64,000 bases of DNA from Nitrosopumilus sp. (GCA_965224195.1 OZ245040.1:1664001-1728000); one strand, 5' to 3'. Shown: positions 45,280 to 56,678, counted from the first letter of the stretch. Notes: generated by a model not told the origin, from the sequence alone. Made by a program: numbers and translations.

Positions 45280-45687
45280 GATGAAATTATGGCAATAAAT
45301 ACAATTTATGAATCTTAGAGAATTATTTTATCTTATCCATAATCAAATCACCCTAACTGACCACTTTATCACCCGAATTGACCACTAGTTGAAAATCCGC
45401 CTAGTTTTGACCAGTGTATTATGATATGTTACCACATCAAGAACAAAAAGCTTTGATGGCCATGAGACCTGGAAAAGCCCATACGTATATTGGCTACATC
45501 AACCAATGCATCTGTCTTGGCAAAAAATATAACATTAATGATCTTGCAAATACCAGTACCGCCAAGGTTTGTAAAAGATTATCAGATATACAGCGTCGTG
45601 TTTTTAGAGTATGACAATTAATTGTGTCAACTATGGCGTTGCAAGCGCCAATATTTGATACAATTTTATGAAAGGAGTAATAGTTTC

Positions 45688-45921
45688 TTACTGTTTAAAG
45701 AGATCATCAATTTTATTTATTACAGACTCTAGATCTTCCTGTCTAGAATCATTAGGCCATTTTTTTGTGTTGTTTCGATATGAGGAACGTACCTTTATTT
45801 TACCTTCATCCAGGTATAGAACAAACTCTAATTTTGTAATTATTTCAAGTTCTCTGTTACCATCTTTATAAACATCTCCCACATTACAGTCTAAGATAGT
45901 GTCTTTGGTTATTATTGTCAA
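45688..45921 (-). CDS. hypothetical protein
   Basis: 77-aa ORF. Confidence 0.45.
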   Translation of the reverse strand: MTIITKDTILDCNVGDVYKDGNRELEIITKLEFVLYLDEGKIKVRSSYRNNTKKWPNDSRQEDLESVINKIDDLFKQ

Positions 45922-45966
45922 TAAGTAAAATAATCTCCGTATTTATTTAAACATTAGAAAAAAAGA

Positions 45967-46468
45967 TTAGGTTAGTAATCTAACCGTAATCAGCATATTG
46001 AGTTTGGTTCCATCATCAATTGGGTGATTGAATTTTTTGAAATCGGAGTGTGTTTGAGGAACTTTAAAGTAATAGGTTTTGACAAAACTTTCCTTATCAT
46101 TACCTAACATTCTGTTGGTGTTAGGATCTAAGACAACCATATTGACATCCCAATTAGATTTAGTTGAGATATCTTTTGTCTTGGTTTGGATAACTGGTTT
46201 TATCCAATCTTTGTCACCATCTACAATTATTCCTATCACATCATCTGTTCCTTCAGAGATTGGTTGCCAGTGATTATTCATAGTTACACATGTACCCCAA
46301 CCGTTAACACAGTTGTGAGAGTTATCCTATTTGGAACCATAACTCTTTGATGTCATCATCATCACATCCCCACCAACAAGATGCAAATGCTTCTTGTGTT
46401 AATGGAGTTGTGACAAATGCAACAGCTGCAACCAATAGTAAAGGTATTGTTAGTTGTTTTGAAATCAT
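45967..46468 (-). pseudogene. secreted protein, frameshifted
   Basis: signal peptide MISKQLTIPLLLVAAVAFVTTPLTQEAFA from 46468, out of frame with ORF 45967-46281. Confidence 0.6.
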
Positions 46469-46506
46469 TACAAGTGTAATTGATTATTCATGTATATCAT
46501 CGACTC

Positions 46507-46613
46507 ACTTGTCCAGTAAGTATTGAGATAATACTGATTGGGCAAGTAAGTATTAGGTTAGTCAGTTTTAGAATACTTATTGGGCAAGTAAGTATTAGGT
46601 TAGTCAGTTTTTA
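46507..46613. promoter_or_regulatory. repeated palindromic operator-like sites (42-bp tandem duplication plus an inverted partial copy)
   Basis: aatactta-N9-taagtatt; units at 46530-46571 and 46572-46613; acttgtccagtaagtatt at 46507-46524. Confidence 0.65.
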
Positions 46614-46649
46614 TGATCATTGAAATTTGAGAGACATAAACAATTTACA

Positions 46650-46859
46650 ATGTTGTATAAAATTGATGTAGGGATAATGACTAGAATTGCACAACACTTA
46701 CAACAGAAAGGAAAGACAAAGAGGACAAAACTTGCAATGATATGTAACATGAACTATACAGCATTAATTGAATATTTGGTGTGAATGAAGAAATTCAATC
46801 TTGTAACTATAGGCAGACACGTGCAGTTAACAGATGCAGGCAGAGAAGTGTTAACTTAA
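46650..46859 (+). pseudogene. archaeal wHTH transcription regulator with premature TGA at 46782
   Basis: manual translation KRTKLAMICNMNYTALIEYLV*MKKFNLV...VQLTDAGREV. Confidence 0.7.
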
Positions 46860-46960
46860 TGTGTCAACTATGGCGTTGCAAGCGCCAATATGCCTGGAGC
46901 CTTGGGGCCCGGCACATACAACTGCATGTTAGCTGACATGGTACAGTACGCATCCATAGT

Positions 46961-47408
46961 TTAAAGATTTTTTGTAAAAGACAAAGCTAATTGAGCAAAG
47001 CCCAACTTTTTGTAAAACTGGTATGACTCTCGTCTGTTATTTGCAGACTCTAGTCTTATCCTGTGGCATTTCTTCTTTTTGGCAAGTGCAACACAATAGC
47101 TTGCAAGTTTTTTACCAATACCGCAACTATGATATTTCTCAAACACCACTAGTTCTGGGATGTACATCTCCAAAGCTGTATGGTTTAGTCTTGGTAAAAA
47201 CATTGCACTGGCCATTCCTGCAATTTTAATATCACCAATTTCTGCAACAGATATTTTTTTATCAAAAGATGTCAGGTATTTTTTTTATCTTGCTTCTAAA
47301 CATCTCAACATCATAGTCTTTTTGTATTCCTGGTCTTCCCAATTCGTACAGCAACTCCAAGAGTACAGGGTAATCCTTGCTAGTTGCATCTCTAATTGTT
47401 ATCTCCAA
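46961..47408 (-). pseudogene. GNAT acetyltransferase, frameshifted in the A8 tract at 47279-47286
   Basis: IRDATSKD N-terminus; YIPELVV...GIGKKL...FYKKLGF. Confidence 0.8.
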
Positions 47409-47491
47409 TCTATAAAGATCCAGTGATAACTCCTAGTTAACAATATGGATACAAAGACAGTATTTAATAATCATAAAGTAATACTGTAATC

Positions 47492-47696
47492 ATACCAAAT
47501 GCAATGCAGTCAAAGTTTGATAGTAAATGTAAGCACTGTAAGATATCCATCAAAAATGGCGATACCATCTGCAAGGCAAATGAGCACCTGGTGTAAAAAC
47601 CAAAAGATATCCAATGCCTCCAAAAATAAAGCTAGGACGAGATATCCTAAGGCATTTTACAAAAAGTGTATGGATTATGCCATACACAGAAACTAG
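47492..47696 (+). pseudogene. degraded third copy of the MQSKFDSKCKHC family
   Basis: manual translation PNAMQSKFDSKCKHCKISIKNGDTICKANEH, then a frameshift. Confidence 0.7.
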
Positions 47697-48267
47697 ATTT
47701 TTAGAAACTTTTTTCTAATTGATCATTAATGACTTGGAAAAAACTGACAGCGCGATTCTCATTTAGAATTCTTTTAGCCTGAATTTTGTGTATTTTGGAG
47801 TAATTTTTCTCATCAATCATAATGGTTATGCGCTTTGATGCCATAATAATAATTTAGTATAGTTGTATTTTAATATTTTAAAATTATTTTATATCTATGC
47901 TTCCACCTGAGTTTATCAAAAGTATTGAGCATACAATATTATTAAACATAGAATAATTAACACACCAAAACAGAATATATCAGAGAACCTCAAAGACACC
48001 ACAAAAAGTAGCAAACATACGTGATTTTCATTTTGGCCAATATATGGGCGGTCTTAAAAAATCACTGATAATTTCATTTGAGAATGCATATGGTAGAAAA
48101 ATGACACCAAAACAATGGGATGAGTTTGATAGCATCTTTATCGATTATCAAGACACCATAGGAAAATATTTTTACGAATAATAATTTTGATTTACTTAAA
48201 AAAATTTATTCTTTGTTATAAGGAAAAATGATCAGTTTAATTAACCCCTAAAATACCATAACAAGTC

Positions 48268-48700
48268 ATGAAACAAGTAGTTGGGAAATTAAGGATAGTC
48301 TTCAGTAAAGAGCAACTAGCCGAGCAAAAACAATTCACAGAGGATTTAAAAAATGGGACTGCAAAGATCGCATTTGAAGGGACTTTCAAAGAAGGAATGG
48401 ACTTTTTAGAGGAGACTGGACGACTTGTGGACACTTGTATTCACACATAAATTTTTAATTTCCTATTGGAAACTAGATTCATTTTTGAAGGATTGGATTA
48501 AAGAAGATATTTTAGATATACAAAAAAATGCAGATATTATTGAAATTAGTGAAAATATTGAGATCATAGATGAATATGATGGGACAACTGTAGTTCCAGA
48601 ACACATGGTAAATTACATAATAGAACATGATGTTGAAAAAGTATACATTATTTCAATTAATGAAACAGGGATTAAGCAAAAATTAAATAATTATCGATAG
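48268..48700 (+). other. pair of small overlapping ORFs, possible toxin-antitoxin-like module
   Basis: 60- and 91-aa ORFs; YIIEHDVEKVYIISI is weakly RelE-like. Confidence 0.3.
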
Positions 48701-48925
48701 TGATCAGTAACGTTGCTCAAAAATATAATAATTCCTTTAACTTTATCTAGCTATTTTTATTCATGGATTTTGATCCAGAAAACCCTGAACGATATTTTTT
48801 TTGGCTGATAGATCACTCAATAAACGAATCATTCAAAAAAACATATGGGAAGGATTGGAAACGTTATAAGTTATGATTTTAAAATTGTTTGGTTAATGTT
48901 ATAAATTTACTTGAATTAAAAAAAT

Positions 48926-49420
48926 TAGGACATGGGTTTCAAGCCCAAGTCTTGTTCTATTTGATTCCAAGGTGTGACGTATGAGTCAGTTGTAGTGGTA
49001 GGATCATGACCTGTTATGATTCCAAGAATTTTTGCGTTGTTATTACTATCTAACACATATACAGGAAGCACCACTATCACTGTTTGCACTTTGTGCACCG
49101 CGTATCCTTACAACATGTAGAATGTTATCAAACTCATCAAATATACGTTCATTCAAAGATACAACCGTAGCAGTACGTTCACTGTTACTGTTTATGCCCT
49201 TCCATTTGACTGGCATATTTACAGTAGGATTCATAGAACCTACAACATCATATGCCTTACCACCAACAAGATGTATCTTCATCGGCTCAACTGTAGCTAT
49301 CTGTAATGGTTCATTTTCAGAACAAAGCGATAGTTTTGCATCATGTTCGGGGCATCCTATAGGGTATTCAACAAATGCAGCATCTACATGAGAGTTTGTG
49401 TTTGGATGATTTTGTGTAAC
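48926..49420 (-). pseudogene. trypsin-like serine protease 3' fragment
   Basis: SDSGA (GDSG-like), in-frame stops, ILGIITG...YVTPWNQIEQDLGL. Confidence 0.55.
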
Positions 49421-49509
49421 CGTACCCTGCGGCAGGGGCTTTGTTTTTTTACATCCTCACAAGTTCAAAAAACTTGCAATGTGCCTCTGCTGCAAATCAA
49501 ACTTTAGAA

Positions 49510-52500
49510 CTATTTTTTCTTTATTATTTCAAAATAATAAACAATAGCAGCAAACACAGCGACAAAAAATATTATTGAAATTATTAGCAGATCACCAATA
49601 GATACTTTGAGCTCAACAGGCTCTGGCGTTGGTTCAGGTGTGTATACAGGTTCAGGCGTTGGTTCAGGTGTGTATACAGGTTCAGGCGTTGGTTCAGGTG
49701 TGTATACAGATTCAGGTGTTGGTTCAGGTGTGTATACAGGTTCAGGCGTTGGTTCAGGTGTGTATACAGGTTCAGGCGTTGGTTCAGGTGTGTATACAGA
49801 TTCAGGTGTTGGTTCAGGTGTGTATACAGGTTCAGGTGTTGGTTCAGGTGTTGGTTCAGGTGTTGGTTCAGGTGTTGGTTCAGGTGTTGGTTCAGGTGTG
49901 TATACAGGTTCAGGTGTTGGTTCAGGTGTTGGTTCAGGTGTGTATACAGGTTCTGGTGTTGGCTCTGGTATTGGTTCCGGTGTTGGCTCTGGTGCTCTGA
50001 CAGATGATGGCCTGTTGTCCCTGCCGACAATGTCTTTTAACAGTTCATCCAAATTCATATTATCATAATGTACTATGCCAGGCAGTTCCTTCAGTATGAT
50101 GTGGCCATCACAGTATGCCGCAGCAGATTCTACCTGTGCCTGTTTTTGTGATTTGTCGTAACTTTTTATCGACATTACATTTTCAGAAAGCATCTCTAAA
50201 CCCTCAAAGCTAAACGCATATAGAGAGATGGGTACGTGCACGGACTTGAGAAGATCCTTCATGCTGGCCTGGGATGTCACATCAATGCCAACATTGGATG
50301 GATGCCCGTCCAAGACAATGGAGGCGCCAAGGTTGTCCCCATATGTACCTGCAACTAGTACCACATCATTTTCCAGTCCGCACTGGTTGTACAGCAGCAG
50401 CATTGGACTCATTGTAAAACCTACAGAGCCGCTGCTGCCACCACGGTCAGCAGGCTGTGGTGTAGTAGGCTGTGGTGCGATGGGTTTTGGTGCGATAGGT
50501 TTTGGTGCGATAGGTTTTGGTGGCAAGACATCCTCTGGTATTTCTTTAGGAGTGCTGTCAATTACTGCGGTATCTAGTTCAACACTGACTGTATCTTCAA
50601 TGACAATAGGATCCCTTACGACAAGTACTAGGCTGTCATCCTTCTTCACCACATCTGCACCATCTGATGTTGGAATGTCATCAGCTAGTGACTTGGTGTG
50701 CTGCACTGCCGTGCCATCAGGTGTCAAGCTGGTATTCTTTGTTACATCCACGCCGTCTGATGTTGGAATATTGTCAGCCAGTGATTTGACATATTGTTTG
50801 GTTACAGAGATACCATCTGATGTTGGGATAGTATCAGATGGAGATATTGCATACAGTTTCACTACATCAACTGCGTCCTTTGATGGAACTGCATCAGCTG
50901 GAGATATGGCATACAGTTTCACTACATCCGCATTGTCCCTTGTTGGGATAGTATCAGATATGGATCTAGAGTACCGCTTTACCACATCCGCATCATCTGA
51001 TGTTTTGATAATATCAGCTAGAGATTTTACATATTGCTTGGTTACATCCACATCATCAGATGTTGGAATTGTATCAGATATGGATCTAGAGTACCGCTTT
51101 ACCACATCTGCATCATCTGATGTTGGAGCCTCATCAGATGGAGATATGGCATATAGTTTCACTACATCTGCACCATCTGATGTTGGAATATTGTCAGCTA
51201 GTGATTTGACATATTGCTTGGTTACAGAGATACCATCAGATGTTGGAGCTTCATCAGATGGAGATATGGCATATAGTTTCACTACATCTGCACCATCTGA
51301 TGTTGGAATATTGTCAGCTAGTGATTTGACATATTGTTTGGTTACAGAGATACCATCAGATGTTGGAATATTGTCAGCTAGTGATTTGACATATTGTTTG
51401 GTTACAGAGATATCATCGGATGTTGGGATGGTGTCAGATGGAGATATGGCATATAGTTTCACTACATCAACTGCGTCCTTTGATGGAACTGCATCAGATG
51501 GAGATATGGCATATAGTTTCACTACATCCGCATTGTCCCTTGTTGGGATAGTATCAGATATGGATCTAGAGTACCGCTTTACCACATCTGCACCATCTGA
51601 TGTTTTGATGTCATCAGATATGGATTTGACATATTGCTTGGTTACATCCACATCATCAGATGTTGAAATTGTATCAGATATAGATCTAGAGTACCGCTTT
51701 ACCACATCTGCATCATCTGATGTTGGAGCTTCATCAGATGTAGATATGGCATATAGTTTCACTACATCTGCATCATCTGATGTTGGGATGGTGTCAGCTG
51801 CTAAGCTGGCATACAGTTTCGCCACAACCACACCATCAGATGTTAGGATAGTGTCAGATGTAGATATTGCATATAGTTTCGCCACATCCGCATTGTCCCT
51901 TGTTGGGATAGTATCAGATATGGATTTGACATATTGTTTGGTTACAGAGATACCATCAGATGTTGGAGCTTCATCAGATGGAGATATGGCATATAGTTTC
52001 ACTACATCTGCACCATCTGATGTTGGAATATTGTCAGCCAGTGATTTGACATATTGTTTGGTTACAGAGATACCATCAGATGTTGGAGCTTCATCAGATG
52101 GAGATATGGCATACAGTTTCGCCACATCTGCATTGTCCCTTGTTGGGATAGTATCAGATGGAGATATTGCATACAGTTTCGCCACATCTGCATTGTCCCT
52201 TGTTGGGATAGTATCAGATGGAGATATTGCATGCAGTTTCGCCACATCTGCATTGTCCCTTGTTAGAACATCATCAAATGTAGATCTAGAGTACCGCTTT
52301 ACCACATCTGCATCATCTGATGTTGGGATGTTATCAGATGGAGATATTGCATACAGTTTCACTACATCTGCATTGTCCCTTGTTAGAACATCATCAAATG
52401 TAGATCTAAAGTACCACTTTACCACATCTGCATCATCTGATGTTGGGATAGTATCAGATGGAGATATTGCATACAGTTTCACTACATCCGCACCATCTGA

Positions 52501-54477
52501 TGTTGGGATAATATCAGCTAGAGACTTTGCATGCAGTTTCACTACGTCTGCACCATCTGATGTTTTGATAATATCAGCTAGAGACTTTGCATATTGTTTC
52601 ACTACGTCTGCACCATCTGATGTTGGGATGGTCTCATCAGCCAGGATAAATTGTCTCTTCACCACGATCATTATGCTAAAAAGACCATTGAACTGGCCGT
52701 CACCAGAACCTCTGCTGCCAAACTGAAACTTGTAGTTGTATGCAGAGTCAAAGACCTGGATGCGGTGGTTGCCGTTGTCTGCAACAAGTATGTCGCCGTC
52801 TGACTTTATTGCCATGCCCGTAGGACCATTGAACTGGCCGTCACCAGAACCTCTGCTGCCAAACTGGTCCTTGTATGTACCGTTGGGATCAAAGACCTGG
52901 ATGCGATCGTTTAAGGCATCTACGACAAGTATGTCGCCATTTGGTGCGATTGATATGTTACTTGGACCATTGAACTGGCCGTTGCCAGAACCTTTGCTGC
53001 CAAACTGTGATTTGTAGTTGTATGCAGAGTCAAATACCTGGATGCGGTGGTTCTTTCTGTCTGCAACAAGTATGTCGCCATTTGGTGCGATTGATATGTT
53101 AATAAGGCGATGGAGTTGGCCTGCAGAGCCGGAACTGCCAAACTGGGACTTGTAGTTGTATGCAGAGTCAAATACCTGGATGCGGTAGTTGTCGTTGTCT
53201 GCAACAAGTATGTCGCCATTTGGCGCTATTGCCATGCCACGAGGGTTGTCAAACTGGCCGTTGTCAGAACCGAAACTGCCAAACTGGAACTTGTATGTAC
53301 CATTAGAATGAAAGACCTGGATGCGGTGGTTGTCGTGATCTGCAACAAGTATGTCGCCATTTGGTGCGATTGCCATGCCCGTAGGACGGTTGAACTTGCC
53401 ATCGCCAGAACCCTTGCTGCCAAACTGGTCCTTGTATGTACCGCTGGGATCAAATATCTGGATGCGGTGGTTGTTGATGTCTGTAACAAATATGTCGCCA
53501 TCATATGTGATTGGCTTGAGATAGCCAGACTTGAAGACATGGATGCGGTGGTTGTCGTTGTCTGCAACAAGTATGTCGCCATTTGGCGCTATTGCCATTC
53601 CCATAGGGCGAAAATATTTGTCGTCAACAGTATTGGTAAACTGGGACTTGTAGTTGTATGCAGAGTCAAACACCTGGATGCGGTGGTTGTTTTTGTCTGC
53701 AACAAGTATGTCGCCATCAGGGTTGACTATTATGTTGTTGGGGTTACGGAGTTGGCCGTCACCAGAGCCGGAACTGCCAAACTGGGACTTGTAGTTGTAT
53801 GCAGAGTCAAAGACCTGGATGCGGTGGTTGTCGTGATCTGCAACAAGTATGTCGCCGTCAGACTTTATTGCCATGCCCGTAGGGCCATTGAACTGGCCGT
53901 TGCCAGAACCCTTGCTGCCAAACTGGGACTTGTAGTTGTATGCAGAGTCAAAGACCTGGATGCGGTGGTTGTCGTGATCTGCAACAAGTATGTCGCCACT
54001 TGGTGCAACTGCCATGCCACGAGGGTTGTCAAACTGGCCGTTGCCAGAACCTCTGCTGCCAAACTGGGACTTGTAGTTGTATGCAGAGTCAAAGACCTGG
54101 ATGCGGTGGTTGCCGCTGTCTGCAACAAGTATGTCGCCGTCAGACTTTATTGCCATGCCCGTAGGGCCATTGAACTGGCCGTTGCCAGAACCCTTGCTGC
54201 CAAACTGGGACTTGTAGTTGTATGCAGAGTCAAAGACCTGGATGCGGTGGTTGTTTCTGTCTACAACAAGTATGTCGCCACTTGGCGCTATTGCCATGTC
54301 ACGAGGGCTAGCCAACATGCCGGCAGCAGAACCGGAGCTGTCAAAAAATGACTTGTATGTATGCGGTTCAGGGGCAGTAGAGGACTGGGCCTGGGCAGCA
54401 GGGATAACAGCAGCAGTAGTAATGATGATTGAAAATAAGACTGCCATGCCAAAAAATACAAGTAGTTGCAATTTCAC
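49510..54477 (-). CDS. giant cell-surface protein: signal peptide, 12 NHL repeats, about 33 x 20-aa repeat stalk, PEPT linker, TM anchor
   Basis: [18 protein letters not shown] x12; same stalk units and near-identical C-terminal region as 1530-10213. Confidence 0.93.
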   Translation of the reverse strand: MKLQLLVFFGMAVLFSIIITTAAVIPAAQAQSSTAPEPHTYKSFFDSSGSAAGMLASPRDMAIAPSGDILVVDRNNHRIQVFDSAYNYKSQFGSKGSGNGQFNGPTGMAIKSDGDILVADSGNHRIQVFDSAYNYKSQFGSRGSGNGQFDNPRGMAVAPSGDILVADHDNHRIQVFDSAYNYKSQFGSKGSGNGQFNGPTGMAIKSDGDILVADHDNHRIQVFDSAYNYKSQFGSSGSGDGQLRNPNNIIVNPDGDILVADKNNHRIQVFDSAYNYKSQFTNTVDDKYFRPMGMAIAPNGDILVADNDNHRIHVFKSGYLKPITYDGDIFVTDINNHRIQIFDPSGTYKDQFGSKGSGDGKFNRPTGMAIAPNGDILVADHDNHRIQVFHSNGTYKFQFGSFGSDNGQFDNPRGMAIAPNGDILVADNDNYRIQVFDSAYNYKSQFGSSGSAGQLHRLINISIAPNGDILVADRKNHRIQVFDSAYNYKSQFGSKGSGNGQFNGPSNISIAPNGDILVVDALNDRIQVFDPNGTYKDQFGSRGSGDGQFNGPTGMAIKSDGDILVADNGNHRIQVFDSAYNYKFQFGSRGSGDGQFNGLFSIMIVVKRQFILADETIPTSDGADVVKQYAKSLADIIKTSDGADVVKLHAKSLADIIPTSDGADVVKLYAISPSDTIPTSDDADVVKWYFRSTFDDVLTRDNADVVKLYAISPSDNIPTSDDADVVKRYSRSTFDDVLTRDNADVAKLHAISPSDTIPTRDNADVAKLYAISPSDTIPTRDNADVAKLYAISPSDEAPTSDGISVTKQYVKSLADNIPTSDGADVVKLYAISPSDEAPTSDGISVTKQYVKSISDTIPTRDNADVAKLYAISTSDTILTSDGVVVAKLYASLAADTIPTSDDADVVKLYAISTSDEAPTSDDADVVKRYSRSISDTISTSDDVDVTKQYVKSISDDIKTSDGADVVKRYSRSISDTIPTRDNADVVKLYAISPSDAVPSKDAVDVVKLYAISPSDTIPTSDDISVTKQYVKSLADNIPTSDGISVTKQYVKSLADNIPTSDGADVVKLYAISPSDEAPTSDGISVTKQYVKSLADNIPTSDGADVVKLYAISPSDEAPTSDDADVVKRYSRSISDTIPTSDDVDVTKQYVKSLADIIKTSDDADVVKRYSRSISDTIPTRDNADVVKLYAISPADAVPSKDAVDVVKLYAISPSDTIPTSDGISVTKQYVKSLADNIPTSDGVDVTKNTSLTPDGTAVQHTKSLADDIPTSDGADVVKKDDSLVLVVRDPIVIEDTVSVELDTAVIDSTPKEIPEDVLPPKPIAPKPIAPKPIAPQPTTPQPADRGGSSGSVGFTMSPMLLLYNQCGLENDVVLVAGTYGDNLGASIVLDGHPSNVGIDVTSQASMKDLLKSVHVPISLYAFSFEGLEMLSENVMSIKSYDKSQKQAQVESAAAYCDGHIILKELPGIVHYDNMNLDELLKDIVGRDNRPSSVRAPEPTPEPIPEPTPEPVYTPEPTPEPTPEPVYTPEPTPEPTPEPTPEPTPEPTPEPVYTPEPTPESVYTPEPTPEPVYTPEPTPEPVYTPEPTPESVYTPEPTPEPVYTPEPTPEPVYTPEPTPEPVELKVSIGDLLIISIIFFVAVFAAIVYYFEIIKKK
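50640..52640 (-). repeat. 60-bp tandem repeat array, same family as 2500-8570
   Basis: 60-bp period. Confidence 0.95.
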
Positions 54478-54513
54478 ATCCTATCTGACATGCTATGTCC
54501 TGCCTCTCTTCCA

Positions 54514-54525
54514 CCCCCCCCCCCC
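54514..54525 (-). repeat. G12 tract 37-48 bp upstream of the NHL giant gene start
   Basis: C12 on the + strand. Confidence 0.85.
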
Positions 54526-54774
54526 GATTTCTATAGCAGTGGTATGTCAATAATCGATAATATGCCGGTTTATGCATTTAGAGTGAGCCCCTGTTTTTGG
54601 TAACCACTTTTTGCATAATCTTGCATGCAGTTGATATCATTTATGTGTCATCACCCACAACTCCATAAGCTCATCGGGGGCCTGCCATTTTCTGGGAAAT
54701 AATGAACTGTCAAGTCTTTTGCTCCTGCAAAGTTATCCAGATTATAAGAAAATAAATCACTGTATATTGGATGC

Positions 54775-54886
54775 CATGGCACCTCGATTGCATCACTGCC
54801 ATCCATTGCAGCCTGATCAAAATCCTTCAGCCGCATCATCATTTGCTGCATGGCACCTTGATTGCATCACTGCCATCCATTGCAGC
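54775..54886. repeat. 38-bp direct repeat (1 mismatch) flanking a 36-bp unique insert
   Basis: catggcacctYgattgcatcactgccatccattgcagc at 54775-54812 and 54849-54886. Confidence 0.93.
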
Positions 54887-55029
54887 AGTTAATTGTATAT
54901 CATCTGGTGTTACAGCAATTGGTAGGTCTGTTAGATGGACCTTTGATATAATTTTACTATTCTTACCACCGCCATCAGGGTATTATTGTAAACACAGATA
55001 TCAGTATTATTACAGTCCAACTTGGGAAT

Positions 55030-55577
55030 CTATTTTTGCTCAAAATTCCCTTTTAAAGCAGGCATTACATCATATGCCTTGCATAGAAAAGTGATAAACA
55101 CATCCGTCTCATCTTTGATATAATTCTCAATTTTGCCGTATTCTTTATCTTTATACCATGTTGGAATAATTTTGCCATCATGTGGTTTTTTAGCAAATTT
55201 GTCAAGGCCAGAGCCCTTAATTTGTCCACCATTTAGAAGTATTGCAAGTGGGTGCAGATCAATTAATGGCCGTCTAAGAATATCAATCTCAGTAAGACCA
55301 TAAAGTTTAGTCTTTTCTAGTAAGAACATGTACTCAAATTTTAGAGTAAATCCTACTGCAACAAATGCAAAATCACTTTCTGAGGATATCCCCGTGTCAT
55401 CTATGAATTTTTATAATAGATTTTTCTCACCGCCAAGCTCCCATGACTTTAGTATCTTCAAGTCGCCTTCACGCTTGCCTGTATATTCATTTAGCTTGGC
55501 ATACTGTATGGTTATGATCTCGTGTTCTGACGGGTCAACCCAGTAGTCTCAATGTCAAGATAATAATAGTTTGCCAT
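55030..55577 (-). pseudogene. DnaQ/RNase H-like 3'-5' exonuclease, disrupted
   Basis: YYLDIETTG, then a frameshift to DPSEHEIITIQY and an internal stop; C-terminal IENYIKDE. Confidence 0.75.
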
Positions 55578-55907
55578 GCCTTGTATTTTTTTCTGCGCTT
55601 AATATTGTTGTGATAATTTTTTCATTTGTAAAATCAAATGTAAAAATTGAAACACTGTCCCTACTGAGAGTATAATTGAAAATAATATAATGTTGGTCTA
55701 ATCCAACTTTTTGGATTTATTCTGTTCTTTTATGGTTGCTTCTCAACATCCTAAAACATCTCTCAACATTTCATAGGTCACTAAATATGGCATCCATAAT
55801 CATGAAAATAAGAATGAATAGATGGCCAGGCCTGGGTGATCAAAGATCACTGGCATTCGCCGGGGGGGCGGCAGTAAGGTTTTTTTACCAGATCGATAAG
55901 TGAAGTC

Positions 55908-56642
55908 ATGGCTAATCACTCACCGATTGAGTGGACAGAAGCTACATGGAACCCAACCACAGGTTGTACCAAAATTTCTCCAGGCTGTAAGAACTGTTAT
56001 GCCGAAAAACTATCATATAGATTAAAAAAAATGGGCGTAAGAAAATACAAAAACAATTTTAACTTTACAATTCATAAAAACGAACTAAAAGTACCACTAC
56101 GTTGGAAAAAACCAAGAAAAATCTTTGTAAACTCGATGTCCGATCTGTTTCATGAAAAAACTGATTTAACGTTTGTTGCAAAATGTTTTGAAGTAATGGA
56201 TGCTGCATGTCACCATCAGTACCAGATTCTAACAAAGAGGCCGGAGATAATGAGGTTATTTATTGAAAATTATAACAAACTCTTAAAGAAACAGATACGA
56301 GATCATATATGGCTTGGAGTAAGTGTTGAGAACAAAAATACAAAGCACCGTATAAGCATTCTAAGAAGAATAAAGTGTGAGATACGATTTGTCAGTTTTG
56401 AACCACTGATAGGATCTGTTGGTAAGCTCAATCTCAAGGACATTCATTGGGTTATAATTGGCGGTGAAAGCGGACCGTACTTTAGAGATGTGAAAAAAGA
56501 GTGGATTGAGGAGATTATATTGCAAGCACAGCAGCAAAATGTCAAAGTATTTTTTAAACAATGGGGCGGTGTCAGACCTAAAAGTAGAGGCAGAACAATC
56601 AACAACAAACAGTACAATGAATTTCCTACAATGAATCAATAA
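55908..56642 (+). CDS. DUF5131 (phage Gp37/Gp68-like) three-Cys-motif protein
   Basis: IEWTEATWNPTTGCTKISPGCKNCYA, FVNSMSDLFH, LTKRP, SFEPL, WVIIGGESG, FFKQWGG. Confidence 0.93.
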   Translation: MANHSPIEWTEATWNPTTGCTKISPGCKNCYAEKLSYRLKKMGVRKYKNNFNFTIHKNELKVPLRWKKPRKIFVNSMSDLFHEKTDLTFVAKCFEVMDAACHHQYQILTKRPEIMRLFIENYNKLLKKQIRDHIWLGVSVENKNTKHRISILRRIKCEIRFVSFEPLIGSVGKLNLKDIHWVIIGGESGPYFRDVKKEWIEEIILQAQQQNVKVFFKQWGGVRPKSRGRTINNKQYNEFPTMNQ

Positions 56643-56678
56643 TTTTAAACTTGAAATTGTATAGATATGATTTAATAT

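Larger units (their letters stand above)
37403..45418. mobile_element. 8.0-kb cargo transposon with perfect 72-bp terminal inverted repeats
   Basis: 37403-37474 tacactggtcaaaactaggcggattttcaactagtggtcaattcgggtgataaagtggtcagttagggtgat is the exact reverse complement of 45347-45418. Confidence 0.92.
45623..46891. repeat. 32-bp perfect direct repeats with an internal hairpin bounding a 1.2-kb module
   Basis: tgtgtcaactatggcgttgcaagcgccaatat at 45623-45654 and 46860-46891. Confidence 0.92.

Noticed and set aside
37403-45418. Casposon or Tc1/IS630 element
   Set aside because: No Cas1, PolB or IS630-type transposase inside; the TA duplication is unproven because the flanks are not contiguous.
46782-46784. 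TGA recoding (Sec or Trp) in the wHTH gene
   Set aside because: Neighbouring genes are also damaged and TGA is used as a normal stop elsewhere; a TGG-to-TGA mutation is simpler.
1530-54477. Diversity-generating retroelement acting on the surface genes
   Set aside because: No reverse transcriptase and no adenine-specific template/variable repeat pair seen.
28970-54886. Calling the three repeat-insert-repeat sites bona fide CRISPR arrays
   Set aside because: Each has a different repeat taken from local sequence, a single insert, no leader and no cas genes; reported as scars instead.
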